A stretch of 64,000 nucleotides of DNA, from positions 114,886,001 through 114,950,000 of the forward strand of contig OX597817.1 of the NCBI GenBank assembly GCA_951406725.2, read 5' to 3'. Position 1 is the first letter of the stretch. Each line of letters begins with the position of its first letter. Positions 38,994 to 52,027 of the stretch are shown in pieces. The notes under the pieces are model-generated. The model made no database searches, was not told where the DNA came from, and was given only the letters and a program-made list of their open reading frames with translations. Made by a program: the position numbers and the translations under genes. This DNA is from Octopus vulgaris. Lineage: Eukaryota.

Positions 38994-41900
38994 AAGCCAG
39001 TCTCTAATACCTTCGACCAAACTGTTTGGCGGGAAAACTAGATGCATTACTTTGAAGTTAGCATGTGCTTTATGCATGCAAGTGTCAATATCTTTTATGA
39101 CAACAATTTTTCATTTATGGAAATACATTCGTTCAGGTTCTAGAATGGGAAACTCTGAAAGCTATAGTTCAAATCTCAGTTGGAGCCTTACTACAGGATA
39201 GGGATAAATAGTTATTTTTTTAACATTGTAATCGTAATTATTTTTAACATTACTACAGTAGAACTCTGCATTACTTTTACCTGCAACTTCAAATGGAAAG
39301 AAATTCAAGAAGGGATCTTTCTAGTCTGAGCACACACTCACAAGTACATTACCACTGACGGAGAGATTTCTGCTAAAATTGCGCAAGGCGACGACTTTGA
39401 TAACTAAGTGCCAAATATTTGGACTAGTGAAGTGTCACAAGTAACCATTAGCATACATCTATTTTGGTCTGATTAATAAATAGTTTCACTCAAATTAAAT
39501 TGATTCCATTATATATCAAAGCCACAAGACCATAGCAAAGAGAAAGATTTCCAATATTGTTGAAAGCCCAGATGACTCATGGTTCTTGTAGTGCTATCAA
39601 GGCGAAATAATTTTCCATGGAAGATAACTGAAGCACCAAACGGTTTCCCAGATCATTTATCAAGGAGATCCAAATAGACTGAAGATGGCTATTACTTTTA
39701 CAGAAAAATACGAGAAAATAGAAGCTCTCTTCACCTTAATATGAGAACATGAACTCGACAATTGATAGATAATTTCCCATTGTCCTAGTCAGACGAAGAT
39801 ATTTATCGCACATATCAGTTTTCAGTTTTGTAATTATGTCCTAGAAATACACCATCAAGGGATCTGGCGTTACAATGTTTGCACTGATACTGTAAAACAA
39901 TCAGATGAAATCATCCAATTCCCTTAGAGTCAATGCACCAATGACAATAAGGCTTTCTGACGATTTTTTGCTTCTCCTCATCATAAAAATTCTCCAGCAT
40001 TCAAGAACTTGCTCTCTTCTTGGAAAACAGCAACAGGTTTAATGCACTCAAGTAGCTACGACTGCACAGCAAGCACAATGTTTGTTCGAGGATGCTCGAG
40101 GGACACAATGCTTATTGCCATTTTCCTGCTGTACCAGCATATTTTCCTTGCAAAAAGTGTTGCTGTAACACCAAGCTCCATTCTACACAACATAGAACAA
40201 AAAGCAATGGAGTCGAAGAAAGCAAGATTCCACTGTTGAAGACTGAATTGACTTAAAGTTTGTCAGTACTCTTGGACCATTGGAAGAGAATCTACTGTAC
40301 ATGCCATTCAACGTGAGTGCTTCTCTCTACGATTTCTCCATAAAGTGTGAAATTAAAATTCATTCTAAGTTCTTTGAATAGTCAATGACGAAGTTTGCCC
40401 CGCTTACAGTGTGATATAATTTAGACGTGGACTTTTAGAGAACAATGTACAATCAGATGCAACTTTATCAGAAGTTTCTATACCTACAGGCAAGAATCTT
40501 AAAGTCCTTTTCACCAGGTTATTAAAATACTGTGAAATATCCATCAGTTTTAGTTTTGGCTGAAATTTTAAATCAAAAGCATTGTGTATGCTGACAAGAG
40601 ATTCTATGAAAATGAAAATGTCTCTATTAAAAGCAATTTTAGGCAATTTATAGCTACTTTTCAGTCTGCAACATCAGGTATTCTCCTAGTATGTACACAT
40701 TCATGCATACTAACACACACACACACACATGTATGCATATGCATATGCTCTCAGTCATAAAAGCACATACACTTATACGCAAACACACAAATAATATGAA
40801 TAGTTGTTTTATTGTATCAGAAGCTTAATATCCACATAATGATGCAAGGAAAGCGATTATAGTGGTTTGGTAGTTGATTTGGCTTGTGGGAGAACTCAAA
40901 CTCAGCACTGTAATTTAATGATGCGCTAAGTAATCACTCATACTGGGTTCATAATTTATTACAATATATATTGTATCTTTACGTGCTACCTGTTTGTAAC
41001 TTGATGGATGGTCCATTGAGATCTGAGTTGTCTTTACTTACACAAAAAGCACAACACCAAAGAATGGACAGAAACCATTGAATCTTTGGTTAGCATTATG
41101 GTATTCTAATGATTCAGCCGATTGAAATTTACCTATGCTCTTTAGAAAAGCAAGACAAAAGAAAATGAAATATATAAAAAAAGAAGGACAGGAAGAAAAG
41201 AAAGAAAACAATGTTGTGTTTAACAGTATTGTCAATTCAACAGCATTTTCCAAAATGATACTTTGCCATTTTTCATTTTGACATTTATATAGATTTTGCC
41301 CTTGTTTAAATCAAGTTAACGGTTTCTGTCTGACAATATATAGGTTGATTCTCAATGGAGACATTTAAATAATCTATTTTCTTCTGATGGAATATACTAG
41401 AAAATTCCTTTTTCTTTACATACCTTGATGTCTTTTTATTTTAGTTCTTGTTTTTAATTTTTCTGTTTTGTTATTGTTGTTGTTGCGAATGTATTTATGT
41501 GTTCTGAGAAATCTAACATTACTCGTGTGTATCTCAGTAAGAATAAATGACAAGCTTCTTAGCCTAAACTTTAGTTTTATTCTGTACACTTGACAATATG
41601 GATACTTGGGGATAAATCTTAAGTAGACATTACTGAGAAATATGTTAGGATTTAAAGACCTTTGAAAATTCTCTGTGGCTTTTGTCTGACACGGGAATCA
41701 CAATTTTTGCGCATTTTATTTGATATAATTAATTGATCAAGTATTCAGACTTAAGCATTAGTTGCTTTGAGTGACAGTAATTTTTCAAAGATTTTTTTCA
41801 AAGCAAAATTACAACTTAATATAACTTTTCTTCCGAGTGAAAGATGGTGAAAGAATCACAGAGGCAAGCGTAAAAGTAAACTAATAGGATTCTTTCTGGT

Positions 41901-44519
41901 GAAACAGAAATCGACTTGTTTTTTATTTTCAGAAATTATTTTTTATACATTTGTTTTATTTTGCCATTAAGTTTGATGGGTTTATATATTCAAATATTTG
42001 CATGAATTTCTATTCATATTTCTAACATCAAAATATCTTTCTAAATGCAAACTACGCAGTTACGAAATGATATTCGTGTTTACAATATTGTTTGGAGCTG
42101 GAAGAAGAACACAAATCTATGAATCACTCACAAACATACAAGAGTGCTTGAGTTGGCTGAGTCATCGAGATGCCAGACTAACTATTTGTGGGTCGATAGT
42201 TAATTTCTGACTGCAAACAGTATACTCCGTCTTTGGCAAGGAGATTTAAATTTTGTTAGCTCAATCTACCTAATAATAGATATGCAATAAAGACTATAAA
42301 TCTAGATAAGTTCGTATTCCGTAAGAAGCAATTGCTAATGGTTGGAGCAAAACCCTTTAACGGAGAGGCAAGCAAATTTGAAAAAAAAATTTTTTTCTTG
42401 AGTTAAACTGTAAACATAAACGTTTTCAGAAAGATTATGAAGAATAAATTCATTTAGAAAAAGATTTTGAAGAAAAATTACACATACATTATAGAGAGAA
42501 GCAATTAGCGTAAAACTATTCACTCATAGATACACTCCAGCCTCTGCTCCACTGGCGTGTTGTCTCCCGTTTTTTCATTTTTTTATCACTACTGTAGTGG
42601 CCACTGTTCCTCGGAATTGGTTGGCTTTGTGCCACCTCCACTCAAGCACACTCATTTGTCTTTCCATTTCTCATCTTTGCCTCACCATCCACTAAATACT
42701 TCGCCTAGTCTTCCTCAGAACGTCTTTCCTGGATCATGTCTTTCTGGATGGTAAGGACAAGAAATGTTTAATCTGAATATTAACAATACCAAATTTCACC
42801 AGCTTCGGAGGGCATGTGAAGGAATTGGATACTGTTCTTCCTCCATTCTCAGTAAGTAAAACAAAAAGAAATCTTTGAAACATTATTACACACTGCTCGC
42901 TTTTGTATGCTGCACGAAGAACCATTATATAATTGACAAAAATATTATTTATTTGTATTGTCGGGTTCAAATCTTTCTATGGACCAATAAAGTGGAAAGA
43001 GATACTACCGATAGTATTGTGATAAGTAGTGTAACACCGATAATCCAATATCCATTTAAATGAGACATATATCATTAACAGCCATTTATGCTGTGATATC
43101 AGAAGATTTAAGGAACATAAATGCTTTTAAAATTATGTAGCTGTTATCACCATTACCTCTACTTAATAAACTGTTACTATCCGTGTATGTGTGTGTGTAA
43201 ATACGCATCACCATTCTTTGTCACCATTTATCACATACGTTAGAATATTAAACCTACCTATTTATTTTTCCTCAAAGCAATAACAATACTAGACACTTTT
43301 AAGCTCACATTATATGTAATATTATGCAACCAATTAAAAAATAAGCTCCACTTAGGGAAAAACAGAAGTTACAGATTTAAACGTTCACATTAGCTAAGTA
43401 TAATTGTAATATTATGTAGCTAATTAAAATTATAAGCATAACTTAGGGAAAACAGAATTTATAAATTTAAACATTCATCTGGTTTACAAATTTCTAATGG
43501 ATCCACGATGTGGTACACATTCAGAATTCCCCCAAAATAGAGTGAGGGATATCAGATGCAGATGTAAGTATATCAACAAGAATAAAGTGATTTCTTTGAA
43601 TCGCTACCGATCTATTTATTGTTTTCATTTGACTGGCTGTACATCGCGAACGACCAGCCTAGTAACCTTTTTGGAGTGGGAGCTGAATCTCTTGTAGAAA
43701 CTGAAACTTACCCGCTGTTTATGAACCTGATATGAGCGTAATTTGGATTGGCCTTCAGAAGTTTTACGGGACCCACTTGCGATTTGAAGTTTGAATTATG
43801 TATATGATGGCACAAATAATCCGTACCAAGTTCGGAAAGTCAATTTATGTTGAGCTAAGTCTTTCTAAAAAATGCAAACCTTTCATGAGATGTCTTGTCG
43901 ATGGCTGTACATAACAGATCATATAGGACGTATAGCTTCTATCATCACAGTCTCTCATTGTTTAATTCTTTTAATTTCTTGGCCTAACTTTATATAGTTT
44001 CAGGTAATACCATTATGACTTCTGCAGTGTCAGTTTCGTATAGAATTATATGAAATTTTACGGCTTGTGAAAATTCCATGGTTATTTAAGAATTGTTTCA
44101 ACTAGACAGATATGAAGGACATTTCCTACTCAATCTATCTGAGTGAATAAACAGTGGCACTCCCAATAACACAGGAGATGTGAATTAGGTAATTTCTAAT
44201 AGTAGAGGTACTGATAGATGTACTTTTATCATGAGAAAATTCATTAGTTATATGTAAGCATACATTTAAATTATTAGAAAAAGGAAATCGTCTTTTAGAG
44301 TCTATTGACAAGTGTTCAAATGGAAGGGTAACTTTTTATAAAGAAATATCTTTGGTGCAATAAATGTAAAGTTTTATTTTATTATGTATAAGCAATTGGT
44401 GCAAACCAACGGTGCATCTTCCGCAGAAAGTGGTAGGTCCTGTTCTTTTGTAAAAATGAAATATTCATTTTATACTAGGGTGTACCTAGAAATTATGTTG
44501 TAATTCTAAATTTATGGAT

Positions 44520-45190
44520 GTCGGTAGAGTAGGTAAACATTTCTCTGAGCCAAGTATATAAGCCGAGTATTTGAAACAAGGACAAGTTCAGTACTTCAGT
44601 GTATGGCTATATTACTTTTTATTTCCCAAGGCTTTTCATGTCAGACATGTAAGAAACAGACTTTTGCTCAATCACTAACTTAAAATATTTCGTGAAGAAA
44701 TGTTTCAATTTCACAGTTTCTTTTGCTGCATAAATTTCTTTTTGGACAATTTGATAAGAAACGGGCTTTTCAACTATCACTAAATTAAAGTATTTTGTAA
44801 AGAAATGTTTCATTTTCACAGTTTCTGTAGCTACATACATTCCTTTTTCGACAATGTGGTAATAGTTTTTGTCTCCGAGTTATTTAAGAATCTCTAGAAA
44901 AATACCACATGTCTACCATGTGGTAATAGTGTTGCAGTAATAATTTGATTAGTAGCATCTGTTTTAATACTAAAAGGTAAATCATTATCGGGAGCGGCCA
45001 TTTTTAATAAGCTTAATACATTTTATGGCGTCCCTAGATACACGGAAATTTGCACCTACCAAAGTAGGAAGAAATCCATTTGGCTTAGTGCACGGAGAAC
45101 TCAAGTACCTGATGTAATTTATTACTACTTCAAAATGTAGAAAGCCCTACAAGAGGTTGAAAGTGTTCTGGTTCAAATGTAATTTTCCGT
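44520..45190 (-). mobile_element. Ty3/Gypsy RT-RNase H relic with an internal duplication of about 105 bp
   Basis: Minus-strand EPEHFQPL, FSIKTDATNQIITATL, GRHVVFF and QKEIYAAKETVKLKHFFTKYFKLVIEQKSVSY resemble Gypsy RNase H motifs (TDAS, RPVAF, EKEA, F.L.TDQ). Confidence 0.68.
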
Positions 45191-45380
45191 ATGAAATGAA
45201 ATAAAATAAAAAAGTATTAATTCTTAGGCTAGAATATATTTACATGTAAACATTATCTGCAATAGAAGCAGTGTTAAATTAAATTAAATTAAATTAAATT
45301 AAATTATGTATAAATTATCGTTGAAAGGCAAATTTACTGCAGTATGCATCCAGAGATAATGAATGTGGTGTGTTTAAAAA

Positions 45381-45456
<76 letters not shown>

Positions 45457-45460
45457 GTAT

Positions 45461-46650
45461 CAAGAGTTGCACAAAAGAATGGAAACACCTTTCAAACAAA
45501 TTTATTTTAATATGGAGTAGGACCACCTTTGGCGGTAATTACAGCTTGGATTCTACGAGGTATGGACTTGTACAAAGTTTGAAAGTTTGAATTGTTTCCA
45601 AAGGAATTTTTGTCCATGCTTCAGCTAAAACAGCCTCCAGTTCTTGTAGTGATGATGGTGGAGGATATCAACTCTAAAATGCACCATAAACGTTCAATAA
45701 TATTGTGGTGGCCAGATAAGATGTTCAACTTCATTAGAATGTTCTTCGTGCCCTTCAGTAACAACTTTAGCTGTGTGGATTGGTGCATTATCAACCTGAA
45801 AGATAACGTCTCCCTTCGGAAACAGTTCCGCAACCAGAGGATAAATTTGATCAAATAAAATGCTTAAATAGTCTTGACTATTAATTCTGCCATGAAGGGA
45901 AACCACTGGGTAAGCAGATTTCCAAGATATAGCCCCCTCCCCGATCACACAGATCATCCTCCATGTTTAACAGCTGGAAGAAGGCAGTCTGGGTCAAATG
46001 CTTCTTTTGGCTGTCTCCACACGTATACTCGGCCAGTGGTCGGAAATAAGGTAAAGGATGACTTGTCCGAAGAAATAACATTCTTCCACTGCCATAGGGA
46101 CCAATTTTATAGGTTTTTACTCCACTCTAAGCACCTTGCATCATTTGTTTTTGAAAGTAGTGGTTTTACTGATTGCAGCGCTCCAGCCTTGTGCAGCTCC
46201 CGGCAAACAGTCTTTGTGGAAACTGGGTTCGTGAGGTGGTCATTAAGCTCTGCAGTAATTTTGAGAGCTGTAATTTTGTGATCCTTTCTAACAATTCACG
46301 TAAGTGTCCGACGGTCCCTATCTGAAAGTTTTGGTTTTCTTCCAGGCTGTCATTAATTTTGAGATAGTACTTCTTGATACACCAAACATTTTGGGTGTTT
46401 TCGTTACGCTAGCGCCTGCCATATGAGCACCAACAATTCGACCTTTTTGAAAGTCCGATAGATCTGTCATTTTAATGAATTTTAATTATCTTTTCTGATG
46501 ATATCTGAAAAGAAACAGCAATCTTAGCAAAAAATATTAAGCAACACTAATAATAGATCAAAAAACAAACAAGCTTTTGACGGTTTTATAGATATTTCAA
46601 AATTATGATGCTATGATGCTAGGTGTTTCCATTATTTTGTCCAACTCCTG
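45461..46650 (-). mobile_element. Tc1-family transposon with frameshifted transposase (about 46470-45507)
   Basis: TIRs CAAGAGTTGCACAAAAGAATGGAAACACCT and AGGTGTTTCCATTATTTTGTCCAACTCCTG in TA runs; MTDLSDFQKGRIVG, IFQVDNAPIHT, WPPQ, GPTPY*. Confidence 0.92.
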
Positions 46651-46836
46651 TATATATATATATTTAAATATAAGAGTGTATAAAATATTTTTATACACAG
46701 AGAGAAGACCCTTGACAGGACTCCTTATATGCCTTTCTAGCATGTAATGAGTCTTATGACTTTTACTTATGCTTGCTAACCACTGGTAATAAATCATTTT
46801 AATTTATTACCATCATATTTACGATAGTAATATATA

Positions 46837-47019
46837 TAGCAAGACCGCCAGATGCATTTCGACCTTGCTGAACTTTGTCAATGGTGTGTACTCACAGTCA
46901 GCCACATGCTTGCTGTCAGTACACACCATTATTGATGAGCTATGTCACCTATGACTAGCTGTGGGTACATGCCATGGACAGGACCCAACGAGGCCGGAAT
47001 GCAAATGGCGTTCTCGCTA
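46837..47019. repeat. Fold-back with decayed hammerhead-like motifs (Penelope-like relic)
   Basis: TAGCAAGACCGCCA...TGGCGTTCTCGCTA outer arms; AATGGTGTGTACT and AGTACACACCATT inner arms. Confidence 0.55.
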
Positions 47020-47779
47020 GCCACTGTAGGGACAGTTTTCGTTTCCTTTCTATATATATTGTGGCTTTAAACGTAACAAACATAATACGCCCGTAAGATG
47101 TTACATCTTGACATGTACCTCAGCAAATTTGCCTTTCAACGATGTATTTACATTAAACATGATACATAGATGGCTATCCACATTTATGTTTGCTTAAGGT
47201 CAGATTGTTACGTTTCTCAGTCTTAAAGAAGGTTGGTATTTGTGATTTTGTTTCACAACAAACTAAAACAAGCTAAAATAAATCATCCAAATACGAATAG
47301 GCCACTTAAAGATTAATTTCATTGATGAATTAGTTGAGAACACGCTCAAACATCGATACACCATTTACAATGCCCATGGGAACTCGTGCTAATTGATATA
47401 AACACCTCGCTGCTTGGAAAACATTGTATGGTTTTCCACACGCATCATGCCAATTTGAACAACGTCACTTGAGTAAATTTTTACTAAATATTAACATATA
47501 GATATAACCTTGACCAGATAATCTAAACGGAACTGTATAAACGTCAACCACTGTAAAGTGTTTCACAGCTTAAGAGAAATCTACTACAAGCCTTTTCGTA
47601 TTGAAATTTCCATCTAAATCCTGCATCTACCGTTATGACTTTCTTAGACTTTCTAGAAGTTTTGTGACTTTGTTTTTGTGAAGCAGTTATAACTGTCCTA
47701 TATTATTGTAATTTTAATATATCATTACTATGCTTCTAATAAGCTCTTCTACCAACTCATATTATTTCAGTTTGAAAGA

Positions 47780-48770
47780 TACAGCTGTAACAACACTTTC
47801 AACGCACTCTACTAAACTCTGCTTTTCATAGCTGACTAGTTCGAAGCTTGCAGTTTGGAAACTTGTTATGCAATTATGTTTGTGTTAGACTGGGCAAAAC
47901 TGCCACAAATTCTTATGAAATGCTCCAGGCTGCTAATGGATTAACCTTTTCGCTGGTACAAGATGCTCAAGGATGGTAGGGAAGAGGTGAGAGATGGTGA
48001 GAGGTGTGGGTCGGAAAGAGACGCCAAAACATCAGAGCTGGTTGAGAAAATTCACAATTTTCTAGATGAAGACTGTCTTGTGTCTCTGAAGGCAATAAGC
48101 CTACATGTTGGAGTCGGTGTCACAACTGTACACAGAATTGTGTATGAAGATTAGAACATGCGCAAAATTCGTGCAAAGTTTGTTCCCAGGATGCTCAGTG
48201 ACGAGAATCCTGGTCACCAACTACTTGATATAAACGGGCATCAAAACTGTCCCTTACTCTTGCACTCTGTGACTTTTGGCTGTTCCTCAACCTGGGGGGG
48301 AATCCTAGAGGCAATCGTTTTGCAGATGAAGGAGGCTAGAGTCCTGAATACCTTCCCTTTGGAGCGCATTCATGGAGCCTTCACGAAGAGGCTGAAGCAC
48401 TGCAACAAGTGCATTGAAGTCAGAGAATCCTACTTTGAATCCTACTAAGGCGGCGAGCTGGCAGAATCGGTAGCACGCCGGGAGAAATGCTTAGCAGTAT
48501 TTCGTCTGCCGCTACGTTCTGTGTTCAAATTCCGCCGAGGTCGACTTTGCCTTTCATCCTTTCGGGGTCGATAAATTAAGTACCAGTTACGCACTGGGGT
48601 CGATCTAATCGACTCAATCCGTTTGTCTGTCCTTGTTTGTCCCCTCTGTGTGTAGCCCTTTGTGAGCAGTAGAGAAATAAGAATCCTACTTTGAAGGAAA
48701 TTAGTTTTGTACTTTGAAATTAATAAATGTCTCTTATGAAAAAGTTTAGAAACTTCTGGAATGCACCTTT
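47780..48770 (+). mobile_element. Mariner relic, internally deleted, with nested SINE
   Basis: KDGREEVRDGER..VHRIVYEDLNMRKIRAKFVPRMLS (mariner WVP motif region); right-end TIR-like AAACTTCTGGAATGCACC; left end unclear. Confidence 0.8.
48448..48679 (+). mobile_element. Young family-B SINE with 16-bp target-site duplication
   Basis: AGAATCCTACTTTGAA at 48424-48439 and 48680-48695. Confidence 0.93.
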
Positions 48771-50202
48771 TATTATAAATCCTATTAAACAGTTTCGAAA
48801 TCTTCGAATCAATAAATTTCATATCTCTCACACTGTATGATTTTATATCATTCACATTGTATGGTTGCCACTGGTTTGCAGTTTTGAATTAGAGTTTGAA
48901 AATATTTTGGCTTCCCAGCTACTTGTATTTGAGTAAGACCACAAATTTAAATGGATTCTGGTCCACGATAAGTAATTCCATTTTCCTTATGTAGTTTTTA
49001 TAAATACAAAATGGTACACAAAGAATTACATTAACACAAATTTATATATAATCTATTTTGATAAATATTTCAACAACACAGAATCCATTAATTCGTTCAG
49101 TTAGTTCGGAAATAGTCATGAAAAGTATACCTAGTTTTAGATTTATTTCCATATTGAATCAATTAGATAATTTTGATACGTGAATTTTTCAGATGAATCT
49201 GTGTTTATGAACATTTCGATTACCTTGCTATTAATTTTTGCCTTTATCACAGAAATTGTAAAAGACCAAGTTGCAGAAATCACAATCACTAATGAAATAG
49301 ATCCAGATATCTTAACTTGTGGGCCAGAAGAAGTGTAGTACCAGGCCGGCAGACAAGGTTTAGTCGAACTGTAGGTACAACGAGTGTGAGTGCGCGTGGG
49401 GAAATCCTTTCGAGTTGTTACAGAAGAAAAAAAGCACGTTCTCCACTTTTAGATTTTACAGTGATAGATTATTTTAATTTATTTCTTAAATGTTCGTCTT
49501 TAACACCAGAAGTATCTATTAAAGAAATAGGCATTTAATAAAATTCTTCAATATACTTCATTCTCGAAACGGATGACACATTTCAATGTTAAATATTTGC
49601 AAGCTAGAAGCCTAGTCCTAATAATGTTTGAACGTATTCTCTCGTATGAAGGAGTTTTTTTTTATGTCTGATGTTTATTTTACTTTAGCTGTGTCGGCTT
49701 TAAAATGCAGTCAAGTGTTAATACAATTAAATCTTATAGAAATTATGAATGTCTTCACTAGATTTTTAAAATCGTGTAGACAGAAGGTATTTAGCATCTA
49801 TTTTACTGGGTGGTTTCACATAAGATTTCTCAAGTCGTCTTAAAACTTAGAATGTTTGTAAGAGGTCTTGTTTAATACGTTAGGCCTCCCAATATGTAAT
49901 ATTATTAGTTCTCCTTTAAGATTAAGGTTAAGTTGGGTAGCTGGGAAATACTTGAATCTCCTAATCCATAATTTATATCTCTTGTTAAGGAGAATCTGCT
50001 GGAAGTGAAAATAGTCTGGACAAACTATTTTGAAGATTTTGATAATTATTAAATTCCTTAAACTGGTGAGATAATGACAGTTCCAGATGGTATCCTTCAC
50101 TCAATTTAAAGGAGACTTATCGCGAAAAGCCATTGTTTAAGTGACTGGAAGATGTAACGTGACTATTATTGATCAGCAGATCTTATTATTACTAAGGTCG
50201 GT

Positions 50203-50415
50203 AAGGCGATAAGCTGGCAGAGTCGTTAGCATGTCGGACAAACTGCTTAGTGACATTTTGTCCGTCTCTGTTCTGAGTTCAAATTCCGCCATCGTCGACT
50301 CTACCCTTCATCCTTTCGGAGTCGATAAATTAAGTACCATTTGAGCACAGGGGTCGAGATCATCCACTAGCTACCCCCTTCAAAATTTCAGGCTTTGTGT
50401 CTAAAGTGGAAAGAA
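50203..50415 (+). mobile_element. Family-B SINE with (ATT)n tail
   Basis: Head, core and tail recognisable. Confidence 0.82.
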
Positions 50416-50451
50416 TTATTATTATCATTATTATTATTATTATTGCTGTTG

Positions 50452-51150
50452 TTGTTATACAGACGTTAATTTTGTTAGCAGAGATATAATCCTCGGGTTT
50501 GGTGATAAGTCCTCTCAGATCTCAGAGAATCTTTATTATGATCCTTGCAGAATACGTGTAACACTTTTCTACAGATCGACAATTCTAATTCATAAAGCTT
50601 TTTAAGGTAGCAGTTTCGGTCTTATACCGAGTGCATCAATTACTACAGGAACAATTTTCACCTTATATTATTCCACGATTACTTCATCTCTCTAGCTAGG
50701 CCCTGATATTTTTTATTTTTTTCAGGTACCTTAAAATCTACTCTATTATTGCAAAGTTAGTGATCTGTACGCCCTTCTCCATAATCAAATTTGGGTTCTT
50801 TGCTTTCATAATATGATCAATCTCTATAGAACCGCTCCTTAAAAACCTGTAATGATCTCACCACAACAGCTTGTTTTCTTTGTTCATACCACTTTCCCGC
50901 CACTTTCAACACACAGATTTGATTAACATCTCAATGCAGTCTTTTACTGAGACAATAATGCCTACATTTTTGCTCTTTTTGTGCTAGCTTACTGCATTAC
51001 TTAAAAAATTGCTTAACTCTTTTGTCTTCTTTCCCACGCTTTCTGTGTTTGCTGTCTCACTTTTATCAAACCTTGGCTTTATCAAATTCTCTCTAAAGGA
51101 TGGTTCCTGAGCGATTATAATTAACGATTCAGTTTTTCATTTAGGTGTAT
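50452..51150 (-). mobile_element. R4/Dong-type 3' fragment, old
   Basis: Minus-strand KTESLIIIAQE, SKLAQKE and GKWYEQ relics. Confidence 0.72.
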
Positions 51151-51166
51151 TATTATTCAGATTATT

Positions 51167-51352
51167 AAGGTGATGAACTGGCTAAATCGCTAGCATGGTG
51201 GACAAAATGCTTAGCGAAATTTCGCCCGTCTTTACGCCCTGAGTTCAAATTCTTTCTGGGTCGATAAAATAAGTTCCAGTTGAATACTGTCGTCGATATA
51301 ATCGACTTACCCTCCCCTGAAATTGCTGGCCTCGTACCAAGATTTGAAGCCA
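51167..51352 (+). mobile_element. Family-B SINE
   Basis: Head and tail AGATTTGAAGCCATTATC; internal deletion. Confidence 0.82.
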
Positions 51353-51395
51353 TTATCATTATCTTCTTCTTCTTCTTCTTCTTCTTCTTCTTCTT

Positions 51396-51424
<29 letters not shown>

Positions 51425-51426
<2 letters not shown>

Positions 51427-51930
51427 ACTCAGGTTTTGTTGGAACTCCTGATATCTTGCATGCATAGCGGGTTTGCTACCTGTAGCCTACGGTACCAAGC
51501 TATCAGTTCTTTTCAACTCTCATACTTTTATGATTATCCTGGTCGTGCCAAGGAGGGGAAACCTTTTGTAACAGCTTTACTGGGCACCCTATTCCTTTAT
51601 ATTCCTCTTGTCGCTTTCTAATACTGACTCTAAGGACCCATTGACACTATCTTAAGCTTTTTCATTTTCCACAGCCGAGCTATTCCGTACTCAAGAGGAT
51701 ATGTCCATTTTTCTGCCTTCTTTCTTGACCATTCGTGAGTCAAAGGGGCACACAACATCAATTATATGGCTCACGTGGTTCAACTCGTCCACCACTACTA
51801 ATTCCTACTTGTTATGTCTAAGCACTCGATCTGTTTGGATTAGGAAATCTCATAGGATTTTTCCGGTCGCCGACTCCGCCACTCTCGGCGGTTTGTACTC
51901 ATACCACGTCCTACCTCTCTCTAGACCCAA
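51425..51930 (-). mobile_element. R4/Dong-type 3' fragment ending in (AAG)n
   Basis: Minus-strand WYEYKPPRVAESATGKIL*DFLIQTDRVLRHNK*ELVVVD..IIDVVCPFD; 3' end abuts (TTC)n at about 51362-51424. Confidence 0.78.
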
Positions 51931-51972
51931 AATAATCATCGTCATCGTCATCATCATCATCAGCAGCAGCAT

Positions 51973-52027
<55 letters not shown>

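Larger units (their letters stand above)
42803..49338 (+). other. Speculative small-exon gene or pseudogene (42803-42851, 43525-43563, 44393-44432, 49253-49338)
   Basis: AG/GT-bounded segments with donors GTAAGT, GTAAGT and GTAGGT and mutually compatible phases; AATAAA at 49537-49542; no recognisable homology. Confidence 0.25.

Noticed and set aside
44109-44188. AG/GT-bounded segment as an extra exon
   Set aside because: Stop codons in all three frames.
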